64,000 nt of DNA. It comes from Mustelus asterias (lineage: Eukaryota). Shown here piece by piece: positions 63,306 through 64,000 of this stretch. The stretch lies in assembly GCF_964213995.1 (NCBI RefSeq), contig NC_135803.1:60760001-60824000 (forward strand). The letters run 5' to 3'. The notes under the pieces are model-generated. The model was given only the letters and a program-made list of their open reading frames with translations, made no database searches and was not told the DNA's origin. Every line of letters begins with the position of its first letter. Position 1 is the stretch's first letter. The position numbers were made by a program, and so were the translations under genes.

Positions 63306-63335
63306 GACTTAATCTTGCTGCCATACTATTTCGAA

Positions 63336-63499
63336 GTAAGAAGTCTCACAACACCAGGTTAAAGTCCAACAGGTTTATTTGGTAGCAAAAGCCACTAGCT
63401 TTCGGAGCGCTGCTCCTTCGTCAGGTACGTGGAAGTTCTGTTCACAAACAGGGCATATAAAGACACATTTACCCCAGTCCAACGCCGGCATCTCCACAT
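63336..63499. mobile_element. Short Penelope pLTR-only insertion (inverted part plus direct tail) with apparent TSD
   Basis: catactatttc at 63322-32 and 63500-10; contents match 63140-63305. Confidence 0.75.
63392..63432 (-). ncRNA. Penelope-type minimal hammerhead ribozyme with intact core
   Basis: Minus strand ccacgtac-CTGACGA-a-ggagc-agc-gctcc-GAAA-gcta-gtgg. Confidence 0.72.
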
Positions 63500-63514
63500 C
63501 ATACTATTTCAAAA

Positions 63515-63815
63515 CCATAGAATCCCTACAGTGCAGATGGAGGCCATTCAGTCCATTGAGTCTGCACCGACTCTCCTCCAAAAGAGCAAGTTACCCAAGC
63601 CCATGTCAATCCCTAGTATTCCCATAATTCCACGCATTTACCCTGGCTAATCCATCTAACCGACACATTTTTGGACAGTGGGAGGAAATCAGAATACCCA
63701 GAGGAAAGCCACACATGCACAGGGAGAATGTGTAAACTTGGCACAATCACGTGAAGCCAGAATTGAACCCAGTTCCCTGGCACTGTGAGGAAATAGTGCT
63801 AACCACTGTGCCACC
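63515..63815 (-). mobile_element. HE1 SINE, diverged
   Basis: Head cggtggcacagtggttagcac, V-domain, CR1-type tail. Confidence 0.88.
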
Positions 63816-64000
63816 GGTATTACTACCAGTGCCGAACCATGAGCATGCAACCACTCAGCAGTCATTTAGCAATGTCATTCATGGAAATAAGCAGACAGCT
63901 TGAAATTTGCATGCTGCCTACATCATTTTGATTAGACACAGGGCTATTGCACATTGCCATTCCAGGTGCCCATTATTAGGCCTTATCGACTTTTTAGCCT

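Overview
Eukaryotic, repeat-dense non-coding DNA (intronic or intergenic), almost certainly from a shark or other elasmobranch; this is inferred from abundant HE1-type tRNA/V-domain SINEs and HER1/CR1 LINEs. I could not identify any host protein-coding gene. Contents: one young CR1 LINE with an uninterrupted endonuclease+RT ORF2 (8522-11575, minus); many decayed CR1, L2, Rex1/Babar and MER131-partner-like LINE copies; about 15 HE1 SINEs with two alternative 3' tails; Deu-domain and MER131-like SINEs; four degenerate Gypsy-type LTR retrotransposon relics and two solo LTRs with target-site duplications; Penelope-like elements with hammerhead-ribozyme motifs and fold-back derivatives; and a family of PIF/Harbinger-type MITEs. 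The most unusual object is a young 1.77-kb TIR element (53879-55644) holding a G-rich minisatellite folded back on itself and a perfect 111-bp inverted repeat, at the centre of a nested insertion stack. A candidate 22-nt microexon lies at 59445-59466. Family names come from motif recognition only; no database search was run, and boundaries of decayed elements are approximate.
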